Shown: one piece after another, positions 35,151 through 48,550 of the stretch
How positions within the stretch are numbered: the stretch's first letter is position 1
How the letters are laid out: each line of letters begins with the position of its first letter
The notes under the pieces: model-generated
What the model was told of the DNA's origin: nothing
What the model saw: only the letters and a program-made list of their open reading frames with translations
The model's database searches: none
Program-made: the position numbers and the translations under genes
Assembly (NCBI RefSeq): GCF_006345805.1
Contig: NC_043006.1
Location: 82,026,001-82,090,000 of the forward strand
From: Octopus sinensis
Taxonomy: Eukaryota
Length of the DNA: 64,000 bases
Reading direction: 5' to 3'

Positions 35151-35895
35151 TGTGTGCCCACCACCCCTGTGTGGTCTGCATACCCCCACCACACTACTTA
35201 CACCACTGTTCCCATATTAGGGTAATGAGTCCTTCAAGAGAGCACATCAATGTCAGACAAAGTGTTAAGTGGCCCAGGGCAACAGCTTGGTTATGATCAA
35301 TAAAAAAATTGTGGCCTTGCATACATAAAGCATAAAGTGAAATAAACCTAGTAACAGGGAAAAAAGGGAGCAGGGAAATGACAATTTCAAAGAAACAGAC
35401 TATACAGCCTAAGCAATAAAAACATTTGAAAAATTGATTGGACTGGGTTATTAACCTCATTCTTTTGTCAGAATGCATGTGTGTGTGTGTGTGTGTGTGT
35501 GTTTTTGTGTGTGTGTGTGTGTGTTTTAAACCATAAATAAAAACAAGAATGACAACAGTATAATTAATTGCTATCAGTTTTTAGTGGTCTGAAAACATGG
35601 TGCACAAATAAATATCTGTATGCTAATTACATCACGCAGAAGGAAAAGTGGAAGAGCTTCTTCTTGATGATGATGATGATGGTGATGGTGATGGTGATGC
35701 TGCTGATGATGGTGATGGTGGTGGTGGTCAATTACATCAACCTCAGCACTCAACTGGTACTTATTTTTTATCAATCCCCAAAAAAGATGAAAGGCAAAGT
35801 TGATCTCAGCAGAATTCAAACTCAGTACTTGAAGACAGATAAAATGCTGCTAAGCATTTTGCCCAGCTTTCTAACAATTCTGCCAGCTCACCGCC

Positions 35896-35934
<39 letters not shown>

Positions 35935-35937
<3 letters not shown>

Positions 35938-36489
35938 GCCCTGATGCAGTACCAGGCAGTGGCTCTCATGGCTTCTGATCTTAACTGATTGGAAGTGTTA
36001 TCATGTACATTGTTTTGTATTGGTATAAAAGATGGGCTACAGCAAATATTCTGCTCAATACCACAGATTTGTTTGTCAGTTGCTTGACCTAAACAAGTTG
36101 AGCATGTTCCTTAGTGGCTGACGATATGTGTATCTCTGATCATGAGCAGAAGTAGTGGGGGAGCATCATAGCCATGTGTTGAAAAGAATTCTTGGGGTTT
36201 GGATAATTTTCCTTTAGAAACATGGGTGGTTCATTCAATATCCTTAAACAATCCTTTTTCAGGGACCTTTTGAGCGAGATGGGCTACTCGACCAATAGAA
36301 AATTCTAATTAGGCTCCACCTGCAAGGTCATGTGCTGTTTATCTTGATATGAGATCACCGTGTCGCGCACATATGGTTGTGATGCATGAGCCTAGTTTAC
36401 CCTTATCAGACGGGTAGTCATGATGGGTATACTGGGCTTCATATATTTACTCCAGTGTCACTTTAATGGCATGCACTGCTCTCTCACTC

Positions 36490-36490
<1 letters not shown>
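35935..36490 (+). mobile_element. Unclassified 555-bp element embedded between (AAT)n arrays
   Basis: GC-richer, non-coding, with sharp junctions to (AAT)n at both ends. Only one copy in the window. Repeat status rests on recall and on its structure. Confidence 0.45.
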
Positions 36491-36528
<38 letters not shown>

Positions 36529-37245
36529 TTACAATAATAATGATTTCAAATCTTAGCATGAGCAATTTTGATGGGAAGGGACAAGTTGACTACATATGAC
36601 TCCAGTACTTAATTAGTACTTTATCTTATTGATTTTGAAATGAAAAAAGCAAAGATAATCCTGGAAGAATTTTGAACTTAGACTGTATAAAACTAAAAGA
36701 AATGCTGCCAAGCATTTTGTCAGATATGCTACCAATTCAGCTAGCTTGCTGCCTTAGCTACAACAATGATGCTGGTAATAGTAATGATGATGATGATGAT
36801 GATGATATAGACTGCCGGCAATTCAACTGATAGCCAAAGAAGCAAAAAAAGAAAGAAGCATATCCAGTATCCAGAAAAGTTATAAATTTTCAGTAATGAC
36901 AGCATTATTAATACCACAAATAAAAAAAAATTAAAAAATAACGATTCACATTTTGTACTTTTTTTTTTAAATATTTAAACCGGTTTTTTTTTCCAGAAAT
37001 TTCCTTTATCATTAGAGATTACCAATAAGGTAATTGTTGTTTATTTACTTTTTTTATAAAGCTTGTTGGGGAAAATATTAAAGAGAGAGTAAAAAGCTTA
37101 ATGCATTCCAATTCTAGTTTAATGCTATTTTATTTCTTCACATCAACAATTTAGTCACTGAGGGAGATCTGCCTGGTCAATTGATCTGTTAGAAATGGCA
37201 GCCAAATTTCCTTCAGATTATATCAGACAGTAATTTTTCCTATCT

Positions 37246-37811
37246 TTAACCCTTTAACATTTAAATCGGCTATATTCGGCCCAAATATTCTACTTTTATT
37301 ATGTTCAAACCAGCCAGATCCAGCCTATCACACCTATCCTACAAAGCCATTCTAAAAGTCAAAGATCACACCATCAAAATATTAAAGCTACATGAAAATG
37401 TATGATTAATTAAAGACAATCATCATCGTTTAACATCCGCCTTCCATGCGAGCATGGGTTGGACGATTTGACCGAGGTCTGGCGAACCAGATGGCTGCAT
37501 CAGACTCCAATATGATCTGGCAGAGTTTCTACAGCTGGATGCCCTTCCTAATGCCAACCACTCCGAGAGTGTAGTGGGTACTTTTATGTGCCACCGGCAC
37601 GAGGGCCAGTCAGGTTGTACTGGCAACGGCCACGCTCAAATGGTGCTTTTTATATGCCACCTGCACAAGAGCCAGTCCAGCAGCACTGGCAACGACCTCG
37701 CTCGAATGTTTTTTCACATGCCACCAGCACAAGTGCCAGTAAGGCGACGCAGGTAAATGTCAATAAATAAGAATTACATTTGACAGAGTAATCTGAATGC
37801 AGAAGGGTCAA
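37246..37811 (+). mobile_element. piggyBac-like MITE split by a family C insertion
   Basis: ttaa-cccttt…aaggg-tcaa termini. 37246-37420 plus 37756-37811 is colinear with 63020-63247. Confidence 0.75.
37421..37755 (-). mobile_element. Family C (RTE 3' end) copy nested in the MITE
   Basis: catcatcgtttaacatccgc…ggatgcccttcctaatgccaacc…gtgccaccggcac. Confidence 0.85.
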
Positions 37812-38224
37812 ATCAATGAGGCACATTGAATAATGTAGTTTAGATACATTAGCTTTCAAGAAGGAATAGAGATTTCATAGACAGAATACCTTTGATCCTT
37901 TCATCATAGGATTACTCAGTTATGTTCAACTTGAGGGCTAAACTACAAAGGGGTGATCACATGATCATAGGACAGTTCAGTCAGGGCTGGCCTAGAGATA
38001 AATAACAACTCAAATGAGAAAAGCTGAGTATGTATGCCTTTTGAAATGATACATAATTTACCATGAGCCCCGCATTTTCTCTTTTGTTTACATGTCACAT
38101 GACACTATATGGTACATGCTGTTGTTGGTGGTTTTGTTCTTGTTTAGCCTCAGGTCAGCCCTGACTGAATAGATCTATGATCAAAGGCTTTCCAGCCATG
38201 ACTATCTCCTCTCATTCATATGTT

Positions 38225-38645
38225 CAAGAAACAGGCATGGCTGTGTGGTAAGAAACTTGCTTCCCAAGCACATGGCTCTGGTTTCAATTCCACTGCATGA
38301 CAGCTTGGGCAAGTGTTTTCTACTGTAGTCTCAGGCCAACCAAAGTCTTGTTAGTGGATCTGATAGATGGAAACTAAAAGAAGCCTGTTATATGTGTGTG
38401 TGTGTGTGTGTGTAAGTATGTGTGTGTGTGCATGTTTTTGTGTCTGTGTTTGTTTCCCACCACTGCTAGACAACTGGTGTTGGTTTGTTTATGCCCACAT
38501 AACATAGCAGTTCAGCAAAATGTGACCAATAGAATAAGTACCAGGCTTTAAAAAAAATGCACTGGAGTCAATTCATCCAACTAAAAGTTCTACAAGGTAG
38601 TGCTCTAGCATGGCCACAGTCTAATAGCTGAAACAGATGAAAGAA
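38225..38645 (+). mobile_element. SINE family A
   Basis: Family consensus. Confidence 0.8.
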
Positions 38646-38669
38646 ATAAAAGCAAAAAAAAAAAAACTT

Positions 38670-39260
38670 AGGTACAAGAGTGGCTATGTGGTAAGTAGCT
38701 TGCTTACCAACAACACGGTTCTGGGTTCAGTCCCACTGCATGGCACCTTGGGCAAGTGTCTTCTACTATAGCCTTGGGCCGACCAAAACCTTGTGAGTGG
38801 ATTTGATAGAAGGAAACTGAAAGAAGCCCATCGTATATATATATATATCCAAGATTTTGGATAAAACTATACAAATGAGTCCTTCAAATTTAATTAAATT
38901 CTATATCATTGAGAAGATTGCTCTACATTTTAAATTGATGTAATATTTGCATCGTTCAATTAAATGGAGTCACATGAAATGATTGTACTGCATTATCTCT
39001 GGATATCCTTGTTGCTTATTTTGATTATATATATACATATGTACGTATATGTTTGTGTGTCTGTGTTTTTCCCCCCAACATCGCTTGACAACTGATGCTG
39101 GTGTGTTTACGTCCCCGTCATTTAGCGGTTTGACAAGAGAGACTGATAGAATAAGTACTAGGCTTGCAAAGAAGAAGTCTTGGGGTTGATTTGCTCAACT
39201 AAGGGTGATGCTCCAGCATGGCTACTGTCAAATGACTGAAACAAATAAAAGTATAAAAGT
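38670..39260 (+). mobile_element. SINE family A with about 185 bp inserted in its internal (TA)n
   Basis: 5' half ends at about 38846 and 3' half resumes at about 39030. Confidence 0.8.
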
Positions 39261-39877
39261 CTCGTAAAACTCAGGATCCCAGTATCCAAAATGTTCTTTT
39301 CTAAGATGGTAGGGTGTAATTTGAGGGAGATTTAGCCACTATGTAGTTACCATGTCTACTTTATCTACCAGGTCAAACAATCCCATAGCGGCACCCATGT
39401 CAGCACATATGATACATGAAATTTGTGACTGTATGCTAATCTAAACTGCAGCATACAAGATCTTGTCAGTGCAGATGTAACTCTCACATTTATCAGTCAA
39501 TCTCCCAACTCACCACTTACAACCAATGTGTGTTCCTTAGAGACAATCTTTAAAATGCATAACACCATTCTAACAGTAGGTAATGGCAATTTTTGCAAAA
39601 GCATACGACATTAAAACAAAAGTCAATATTGGCTTTGTATAGCAGAATAACTGCAAAGTCTTTGTTGATTAGTCATCTGACAATTTGATTTGCTCGTTTA
39701 AGGAGCTTTCCTTTTAGATACCAACCCTCCTGAGACTGACCTCTGTCCTATGATACAAAATTCCTGATTTAGAGTGATTTAATTTACATTAGAACCTTCC
39801 ATTAAAACTTCATGTTAATACATGTTCCAAACACCAGTTTCATAATGATGAAGTTATTTTACTAAATTCTTCATAAT

Positions 39878-40287
39878 AGGCTTAGGAGTGGCTGTGTGGT
39901 AAGTAGTTTGCTTATGATCCACATGGTTCCGGGTTCAGTCCCACTGCATGGCACCTTGGGCAAGTGTCTTTTGCTATAACCGCGGGCCAACCAAAGCCTT
40001 GTGAGTGGATCTGGTAGACGGAAACTGAAAGAAGCCCATCGTATATGTGTGTGTGTTTGTGTGTGTGTGTTTGTGTGTGTGTGTTTGTGTGTGTGTGTTT
40101 GTCGCCCCAGCATCACTTGACAACCGATGCTGGGGTGTTTACGTCCCCATAACTTAGCGGTTCGGCAAAAGAGACCGATAGAATAAGTACTAGGATTACA
40201 AAGAATAATTCCTGGGGTCGATTTTCTCAACTAAAGGCGGTGCTCCAGCATGGCCACAGTCAAATGACTGAAACAAGTAAAAGAGTA
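39878..40287 (+). mobile_element. SINE family A, full length, close to consensus
   Basis: Family consensus with CpGs retained. Confidence 0.88.
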
Positions 40288-40955
40288 ACATTCGAAATTT
40301 ATTGATGTGAAGGATCCTGCACAGGATCGTTTATAGAATGCAATTTTGTTCTGAATAACCACTTGGTTTTGAGGATGTGTAATGTACATGGCATGGTACC
40401 TTTAGGTCTTTACAGACAACAAAACTGGGTTGGGTTAATAGAGATTATTCACTCTAGATTACTATTAACAATTAGCATAAGTGCTGGTGGACATGATAAA
40501 GCAATTGAATGAAAGTACAGTACAGGAAAAGGGGTTGGACAAAGTGTCTCAATAGTAAGTCTGGGAAGTAAGACACAATGGAAATGAAAAGGGGGTTGGT
40601 ACAGGACAAAGGAGGATAAGAATGAGAGCTAACAACTGCTTTGACTAAGCTTCAGTGTAAGTGGCATTGTATCAGAAATTTTAAAAGAGCAAAGTTTGTT
40701 AAAGTAGTTGTAGGTGAGACAGAGACAGCACAAAGTTGTTTGTAATAAAGGGGTTTTGCCAAGTGGCTTTCAAATTAGAGAGGCCAGCAGTTTTAATGCA
40801 TTTGACAATGTAATTGTATCCCTGTGATGTCCTTTATCTCCAGCTCAGCTCTGGTTAACCTCTTATCAACAGTACTGGTGGGGCCTGACAAGATGCAGAA
40901 TACACACTAGGAGACATGCTATAAATCTTATGTCCAAACACTCCTCACTCACTCA

Positions 40956-40995
<40 letters not shown>

Positions 40996-41883
40996 ACTTT
41001 GCTGTTTGAATTTTAAAAGAAAACAACTATCTAGTTGATAAATAACTATATCCACTAATTTCTCCAGTTAACACTATTTCATTCTGAAACCTTTAATATC
41101 ATGAGATTTATTGGTTTATTCTGCGTGCATATATTTACTCTCAAAGAGCAAGCATGCATGAACTAATATAAAACTATTTTTCTACATAGATGGAATTACT
41201 GAATAATATAATCTTTAAAGATTTTCATATTCCCTATGCACACAATCCTGTGTATTTATTTGTGGTTTATTCATCCATCACTACTTCAGTAAGAACTGCA
41301 AAAGCTATGCTTCTCTGATGAGATCAGAATAAAAGTAAAACATGCACAGTCTTGTCTCCCATGCTTACCAAAATAACGACAAAAATATAATAAGTAATAG
41401 GTTTTGTTTTTCTCTCATCATCATCTTTCTATGTCCAGCTTCCATGCTGGTATGGGTTGGGTGGTTTGATAAGTTGCAACAGGTTTAAGGGTTGTGTTGT
41501 GTATTCAAATGCCTTCTTTGACATGGTTTCTACAGCTGGCTGCCCTTCTAATGCCAACCAATTTACAGGGTGCACTGGGTGCTTTGGTCATGTTGCTAGC
41601 ACTGCATATTTCTTTCTAGTCAGTTTTTCAATGCTCTCTTCATTAAATATGTTAAAAACTAATTTGTCTACATAAATTTATATAATTAGTATGCAAAATA
41701 TTTCTTCTTTCAATTCATTTGTCCCCCAAACACTACTGAGAGAAACAGATTAAATTGCTTGACTCATTTTATGTTCAGGGGTCAGCTCTATAGTCATAAT
41801 GAAGTGGAGGAATTGAAGTTGTAATGGTGATGCATTTAGCATGGAAATCATTAATGTAACCAAGGAGGAGACAATACAAAGTT

Positions 41884-42302
41884 GGGATCTTTTTGGTTTG
41901 AACGGCAGTTTTTTCTAGCAGTGTCATATGAAATTGTCACCCATAATTATGACCCTAGTATCGATCTATTGCATTTCAATCTGTTTTAGGGTTAGGGGTA
42001 GGGGTGGGGAAGGGTATCTTTTTTTCTTCACAAATGTAAATAAACCCAATCTGTTTCTTAAACGAGGGACATATTCATGCAGCACAGAATGTTTTCACCT
42101 CAATAGACGTCATTGATTGGTTGAAATTGCAGAAATTGAAGAAAAAAAAAACAACAAATATCTTACAAACTATAGAATTTTCTCAATAAAGCCAAGAGAA
42201 AAAGATGTTTTATAAACACATTCTACTAGTATACGAAGTTTAAAAGTGTTTAGTTACGTGGAAATTATTTTTAAAAGCTGCCGTTCAAACTGAAAAGATG
42301 CC
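41884..42302. mobile_element. MITE-like element with about 28-bp TIRs and an internal TTAGGG/G-tract
   Basis: gggatctttttggtttgaacggcagtttt vs the reverse complement of the right end, ggcatcttttcagtttgaacggcagcttt. No TSD recognised. Confidence 0.75.
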
Positions 42303-43258
42303 ACAGTTGTTTGACCTGCTAGAAGTCTGTCCCAAATTGCATCCAACCATCTTAAGAAAAAGAAGTTAATATAACAATATCCTAGAAACACTATGCCTGA
42401 CAAAAAAATAATAATAATAACAAAAACAACAGATGATCACGGCTCAATCAAATCTTTATCCGTAAAACTCTGTTCTACCAGGACTGACATGGGGTTAAAC
42501 AATTACAAGTGAAATACCTGCAACTATAGTCAACCCTCAGTTGCAGTCTGAATGGGAAGGCAAAAGAATGTAGATGGTCCTTGAGAAACTTAATGGCTTT
42601 GAATTAATTTTTCATATATTTTATTTATTTTGCACAACATAACTTCTGATGACTGTATTATGACTTGTCATTTAAGTATTTAAGAAAGAAATAAAATAAA
42701 ATAAAATCATAAACCTGAATGCTGAAGCTTGTGTGCAATAATAAAGCTGATAATATATGTGTTTTAACATAGGAATATGGTGACAGGTATTGTGTATCAT
42801 CCAAACCAGACTGAACAGGTAAAAATAATTCAGGCTAAGAAACAGAGGAAATAATCTAACAATAATGGTGGTGGTGATGGTGTTGGCTGTCACTGATGGT
42901 AGTTGTAATGTTATTGGGGGCTGTTAGTGAGACTGTCTATAGTAAAAGGAGTGGTTGTATTGGAAGTCATGATGTTGATACCAGTGCTACATTGAGGGAA
43001 GAAATCAATAGTCTTTTTAAGACAGTCAAAAGGAAACTGCAGGCTTTCTTTTCTAAGTAATTTCAGGATTTCATTAATTTATAATATGACTTTTAAAATC
43101 TGTATTTGTATTATTATCTTATCTATTGATTTATATAATATTTTGTATGCTTGTGATGTTCTCATTTGTGAAATGAATAAATAATCTAACATTATAATAT
43201 CTGTAAGTTGATGAACAAACTAAACTTGTTTCTCCATTTTCTTATTTGTATTATATAT

Positions 43259-43262
43259 ATGT

Positions 43263-43358
<96 letters not shown>

Positions 43359-43367
43359 GTGTGTGTA
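43259..43367. repeat. (TG)n microsatellite
   Basis: Direct reading, about 50 units. Confidence 0.95.
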
Positions 43368-43562
43368 TGTTTATTTTCTGATGAAAGTAGTATTATTAAT
43401 TTTCTTAGGTCGGTCAATTTACCTCAATTGATCAACAGACCAGTTGAGTAAACCTATCAGCAGAGTACCTAAAATGACTACTGGAAACACCTATAAGCCA
43501 AATTTGCTCCAATAAAGGAATTATCTGTAACAACTATTATTTTTAACTTGTTTCTTAAACAA

Positions 43563-43626
<64 letters not shown>

Positions 43627-44339
43627 AATAGCTTATGACGAAACCATGGTATGCTTTCTGACTCTTTAATCATCTCATAACAATGACTTTCATGACTTTT
43701 ATTACTACCTCAGTCCATCTAAATGAATATATCTGTCGTTACCCTTCATAAAAAGCCTTTTCTTTTCTTTTCTTTTTATTTACAATGCGCATTTTCGTTG
43801 ATTTTTCTTATTTTCCCCTTAAATTTCCACGTGTATTTTCTATTTTCTTTTTGTAACATATTTCTACTATATATATATATAGAGAGAGAGAGAGAGGGAG
43901 AGGGAGAGAGAGAGAGAGGGAGAGGGAGAGAGAGCGAGAGAGTGAGAGACAGAGAGAGATTGAGTGAGAGAGAGAAATGTATATATGACGAGTATCCATA
44001 TAGTTTCTGTCTACCAAATTCACTCACAAGGCATTAGAAGGCACCTGCCCAATATGTGGTACAATGAGACTGTACCTGAAACCACGTAATTACAAAGCAA
44101 GCATCTTAACCACAAACCTATATTTCCAGGAGGAACATACATGAAACTTAATTTTTGACTAATGTGTTGTACAGTGTTTGCACATCAACAAATATCAAAT
44201 ATCCCTTCTTTTCCATCTCATTAAATACCTTTTAGTGTAAGTTTTCCCTGCTGGAGAAATTATAGACTCCCTCCGGATGACTGGAATTCAAATCAGCTTC
44301 ATTTCACATATATTATTCCTAGTTCATTAATCATCATCA

Positions 44340-44985
44340 AGGCAACGAGCTGGTAGAATCATTAGCAAACCGGGCAAAATGTTTAGCGGTAGTGTCAATC
44401 TTTATGTTCTGAGTTCAAATTCCACTGAGGTCGACTTTGCTTTTCATCCTTTCGGGGTTAATAAAATAAGTACCGGCTGAGCACTGGGGTCAATGTAGTT
44501 GACATACCCCACCCCCCAAACTTGCTGGCCTTGTGCCAAAATTAGAAATCATTATTATTACTATTAATAATCCTCTCTACTGGAAGCACAAGGCTTCAAA
44601 TTGGGGAAAGGGATTAAATTGATTACAATGCATAATAGGTACTTATTTAATTGACCCCAAAAGTATGAAAGGCAAAGTCGACCTTGGCAGAATTTGAACT
44701 CAGAACAAGAAGACAGAAGAAATACTGCAAAGCATTTCGCCTGGCATGCTAATGATTCTGCCAGCTCACCACCTTATTATTACTATTCTTTTCTACTGAA
44801 ATTTTGGGGGAGGGGAGCCAGTGGATTAGATCGACCCCAGTATGCAACTGGTATTTAATTTACTGACCCCGAAGGGATGAAAGGCAATGTTGACCTTGGC
44901 GGAATTTGAACTCAGAACATACAAAATACTGCTAAGCATTTTAGCCTGGCGTGCTAACATTTCTACCAGCTCACCACATTATTAT
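44340..44985. mobile_element. Three family B2 SINEs: one plus (44340-44555), two minus (44570-44780, 44790-44985)
   Basis: Shared core gtcgactttgc.tttcatcctttcgggg, with (ATT)n tails. Confidence 0.8.
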
Positions 44986-45194
44986 TACTATTACTAATAA
45001 TAACAACAATAATAATTTTATTTTGTCTCATGGCTGTATGGTAAGAAGCTTGCTTCCCAACCACATGGTCCTGGGTTCAATCTCACAGCATGGCACCTTG
45101 TGCAAGTATCTTCTACTTTAGCCCCAGGTCAACCAAAGCCTTTGTAAGCCTTGTGGAAACTGAAAGTCAGCCATGTTTGTATATATCTATATCT

Positions 45195-45236
<42 letters not shown>

Positions 45237-48200
45237 TGCATGTTGTGCTACTGCTTGCTTGCCTTGATATCATGTAACAGTTTGTTAACAAGAGCCACTG
45301 ACATGCAAGTGGTCTCCTTTGTTCCCATTATTTCAAGGCATGCCTGGTTAAGAGGAAATATTATTTGGAAACAGGGAAACAGGGGAATGTTACCTTACTT
45401 GGAAACAAGTATTGCCATACTTGGAGGCAGGAAGGAAATCTCTCTGTAGAAAAACTGCTTCAACAAATTTCATGGAAAAGTAGAAGTGAAAATGATGACC
45501 ATACAGCCATAGAACCTTTACCAGTCAAGTAAAAAGATGTGTTTGCTGTTAGAAATAACAGTCAAATTTCAATTAAATTATTACATGGTCCACTACATTA
45601 AAAAATCAGAACACAATGGGCAAAATAAAAAATACAAAATAAAAAAAAGAAAATACATGGTCACAGCTGGCTTGCCTCTGTTTATAGGTTGGGGGCCAGC
45701 CTAGGATTATTGGTTATTGATCTGGGCCAATGTGGGAGTAAACAACAACAGTAACAACATCTATATTCACCTTTCTAAGCAATAAATGAATCATGATTCA
45801 TAATACGGATTGTTATTTCTAAGTTAACAAAAGGACATTGAATTCTCTGAGCAAGACTGCGTTGTTGTTTAGTCTAAAGTTAAGCCTGATTGAGCAGACC
45901 TATGGTTAAAGGGATTCCAACATTGAACATCCTGTTTTACTCGCAGACACAACTATCTAAAATTAGAATCCAATATTTTTTTTTCTTATTAAAGTTGATA
46001 GTGTGTGGTTTGACAAAGATTTGGCTGTTATTTCTAGCAGATTTAGTAACCAAACCTTTGACTAAACATGCACTAGAGGATTCGTATATTTACAGGAGCA
46101 AAGGTGAAATGGCTGCATGGCAGGAGGTCTTTGTCTACCTTCTCTTTCTGATCATGAGTTCAAATCCATTGCCAGTTTTTCATCATGTATCTACACCAAA
46201 TGCCACATTCCTTACTACGTCAGTTTACCTAACTGTTGATAAAGTTGCTTGTAATAAACTGAATTTACAACCAGAGAAACGATATCTAAATCTCATTGAC
46301 AAATGCTATGAAACTTGAGCCATGAACCAACTCTGAAAGAACAACTTAAACCACAAAGCGGAGGAATGCCATAAAGCACTGAAACGGTTCAACCTTGATG
46401 TTTAATCAAATTTATCCTTCCATATGCCAAACTAGCTACTGAATAAAATTGAAACTTCTAGGTGTTCATAGATGTACCAGCTATACTAAGTGTAAATTTG
46501 GAGGAATCTCGCAGCTAGCTATAAGAATGTTCGATTTTAATCTATTATCCTCAGCATCGAATTTCTCTTGAGTGTTGGAGAAATAATTTATAAATTTGTG
46601 TTAATCTTAAGTTCTTGCTACACCTGATATAAGCAGAGTGATGACAACTGATCAAATCTGGGATCACATGATTCTAACTAAGGAAATATGAAAACAACAA
46701 CATCATCACCATCACCATCATCATCGTTTTGTTTTTTCTGTGTTTTTAACATTCATTTTTCTATGTTTGCATGGGTCAAACACGAGGCAAATTTTTTATG
46801 GGCAGACACTTTTTGCATCAACAATCCTCATTTTTTTAACAGGATATTTTCTGGAGGCTTGATGTGTTTTTAATTAAATAAAACATTTGTATGATGATGA
46901 CACCTACGAACATCATGAAATGCCAAAATAAAGGAAAAGCACAGGCAGACGCACACATGCATGTATGTGCACATGCATACACACACACACACACACACTG
47001 GGCAGTCTTCTTCAAATCAACTTACAAGGCTTTGGTAAGTCTGGAGCTAAAGTAGAAGATATTCACCCAAGGTGTCATGCAGGAGGGACATGGTTGGGAT
47101 GACAAGCTCTTAACCATACAGCTACGCCTATACCCTACATGACCAATAAATAATTTACAACGATTTCATTGTTTCTGCTCACTATTTTACTCTCAAATCA
47201 CCAGAGCAATAGTGTTTAATGTCAAGTAATCTCAAGTAATCTCTCCACGGACTGAATTTGGTTTTACTCATAATTCAGTTTTACTCCACCCAGATCTAAA
47301 GATCTAGTTCTCTAGTCAAGTAAACTGAAGCAAACAGTATAAAGTTTCTTCCATCTCACACACACACACAAAAATACATAAATACATATAATCACATACA
47401 AACATATATAGGTTGGGTAGAACAGAAACCAAAACTTGAGTATTTTTCATTGACAGAAAATTTCCAAAAGCGACTCAAGAGCAAGTTCTTTCCTTATCTG
47501 CAAGACCAGCTCTGTCTTATTACATCATCATCATTATCATTTAATATCCATTTTTCCCTGCTTTGTTGAGGCAGCTTACAGCTTGATGCCTTTCCTGTTG
47601 CCAACCCTCACCTATTTCCAAATAAGGTAATACTCCCCTTGACAAGACATGCTTGTGATGGAAAACTGGAAACAAACAACTTCATTAGAATGACAGTGAT
47701 GCTTGTATACAGCCATAAAATGATGTCAAGACAAAAACACACACACACACACACACACATATACGAAGGACTTCTTTTAGTTTCCATCAACCAAATCCAA
47801 TTACCAGACTTTGGTTTGGCTGGGCCGGACTGGGTTGAAGTTATAGCAGGAGATACTTCAAGATACCATGCATTAGAACTGAACCCAAGACCATATGATA
47901 GGGAAGCAAGCTTCTCAACCACACAGCAATGCTTGATTCTTAAAATGATTTTTTACCACAAACTTTTGGTAAGAAGGTACCATCATTTAAAATCAACTCC
48001 AGTGCTTACTTGAATGCTAATATCTGTCTTATCTACTTTGAAAACATGAAAGGGTGAAGTTGACCTTTGCAACATTTGAACTCAGAACATGAACAACAAC
48101 TAAATACATCAAGGCATTTTGGCTAACGATTCTGTCAAACTGTCATCCATATAATACTGATAACAACAACATAATCATGAAACAAAAGAAAAACTCAACT

Positions 48201-48362
48201 ATAACTAAATTTATCTAATTCTTTCTGTTGTGTTGAATAATTTCAAATTCAATTGCAAACCAGTTATTTTGTTTTCAGTTTAAAATAGAAATATCTTAAA
48301 GATAAATATTATAAAAGTAAGACATCTGAAACAAACTGTTCTCATCATCTCTCTCTCTCTCT

Positions 48363-48367
<5 letters not shown>

Positions 48368-48393
<26 letters not shown>

Positions 48394-48519
48394 CATATAT
48401 ATACATATACATATATATATATATATATACAATATATATTACATATATAGATATATATATATTACATATATATATACATATATACATATATATACATATA
48501 TATATACATATATATATAC

Positions 48520-48550
<31 letters not shown>

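Noticed and set aside
40560-40900. Possible degenerate LINE C-terminus on the minus strand
   Set aside because: Only a vague motif resemblance with multiple stops, so it cannot be supported without a search.
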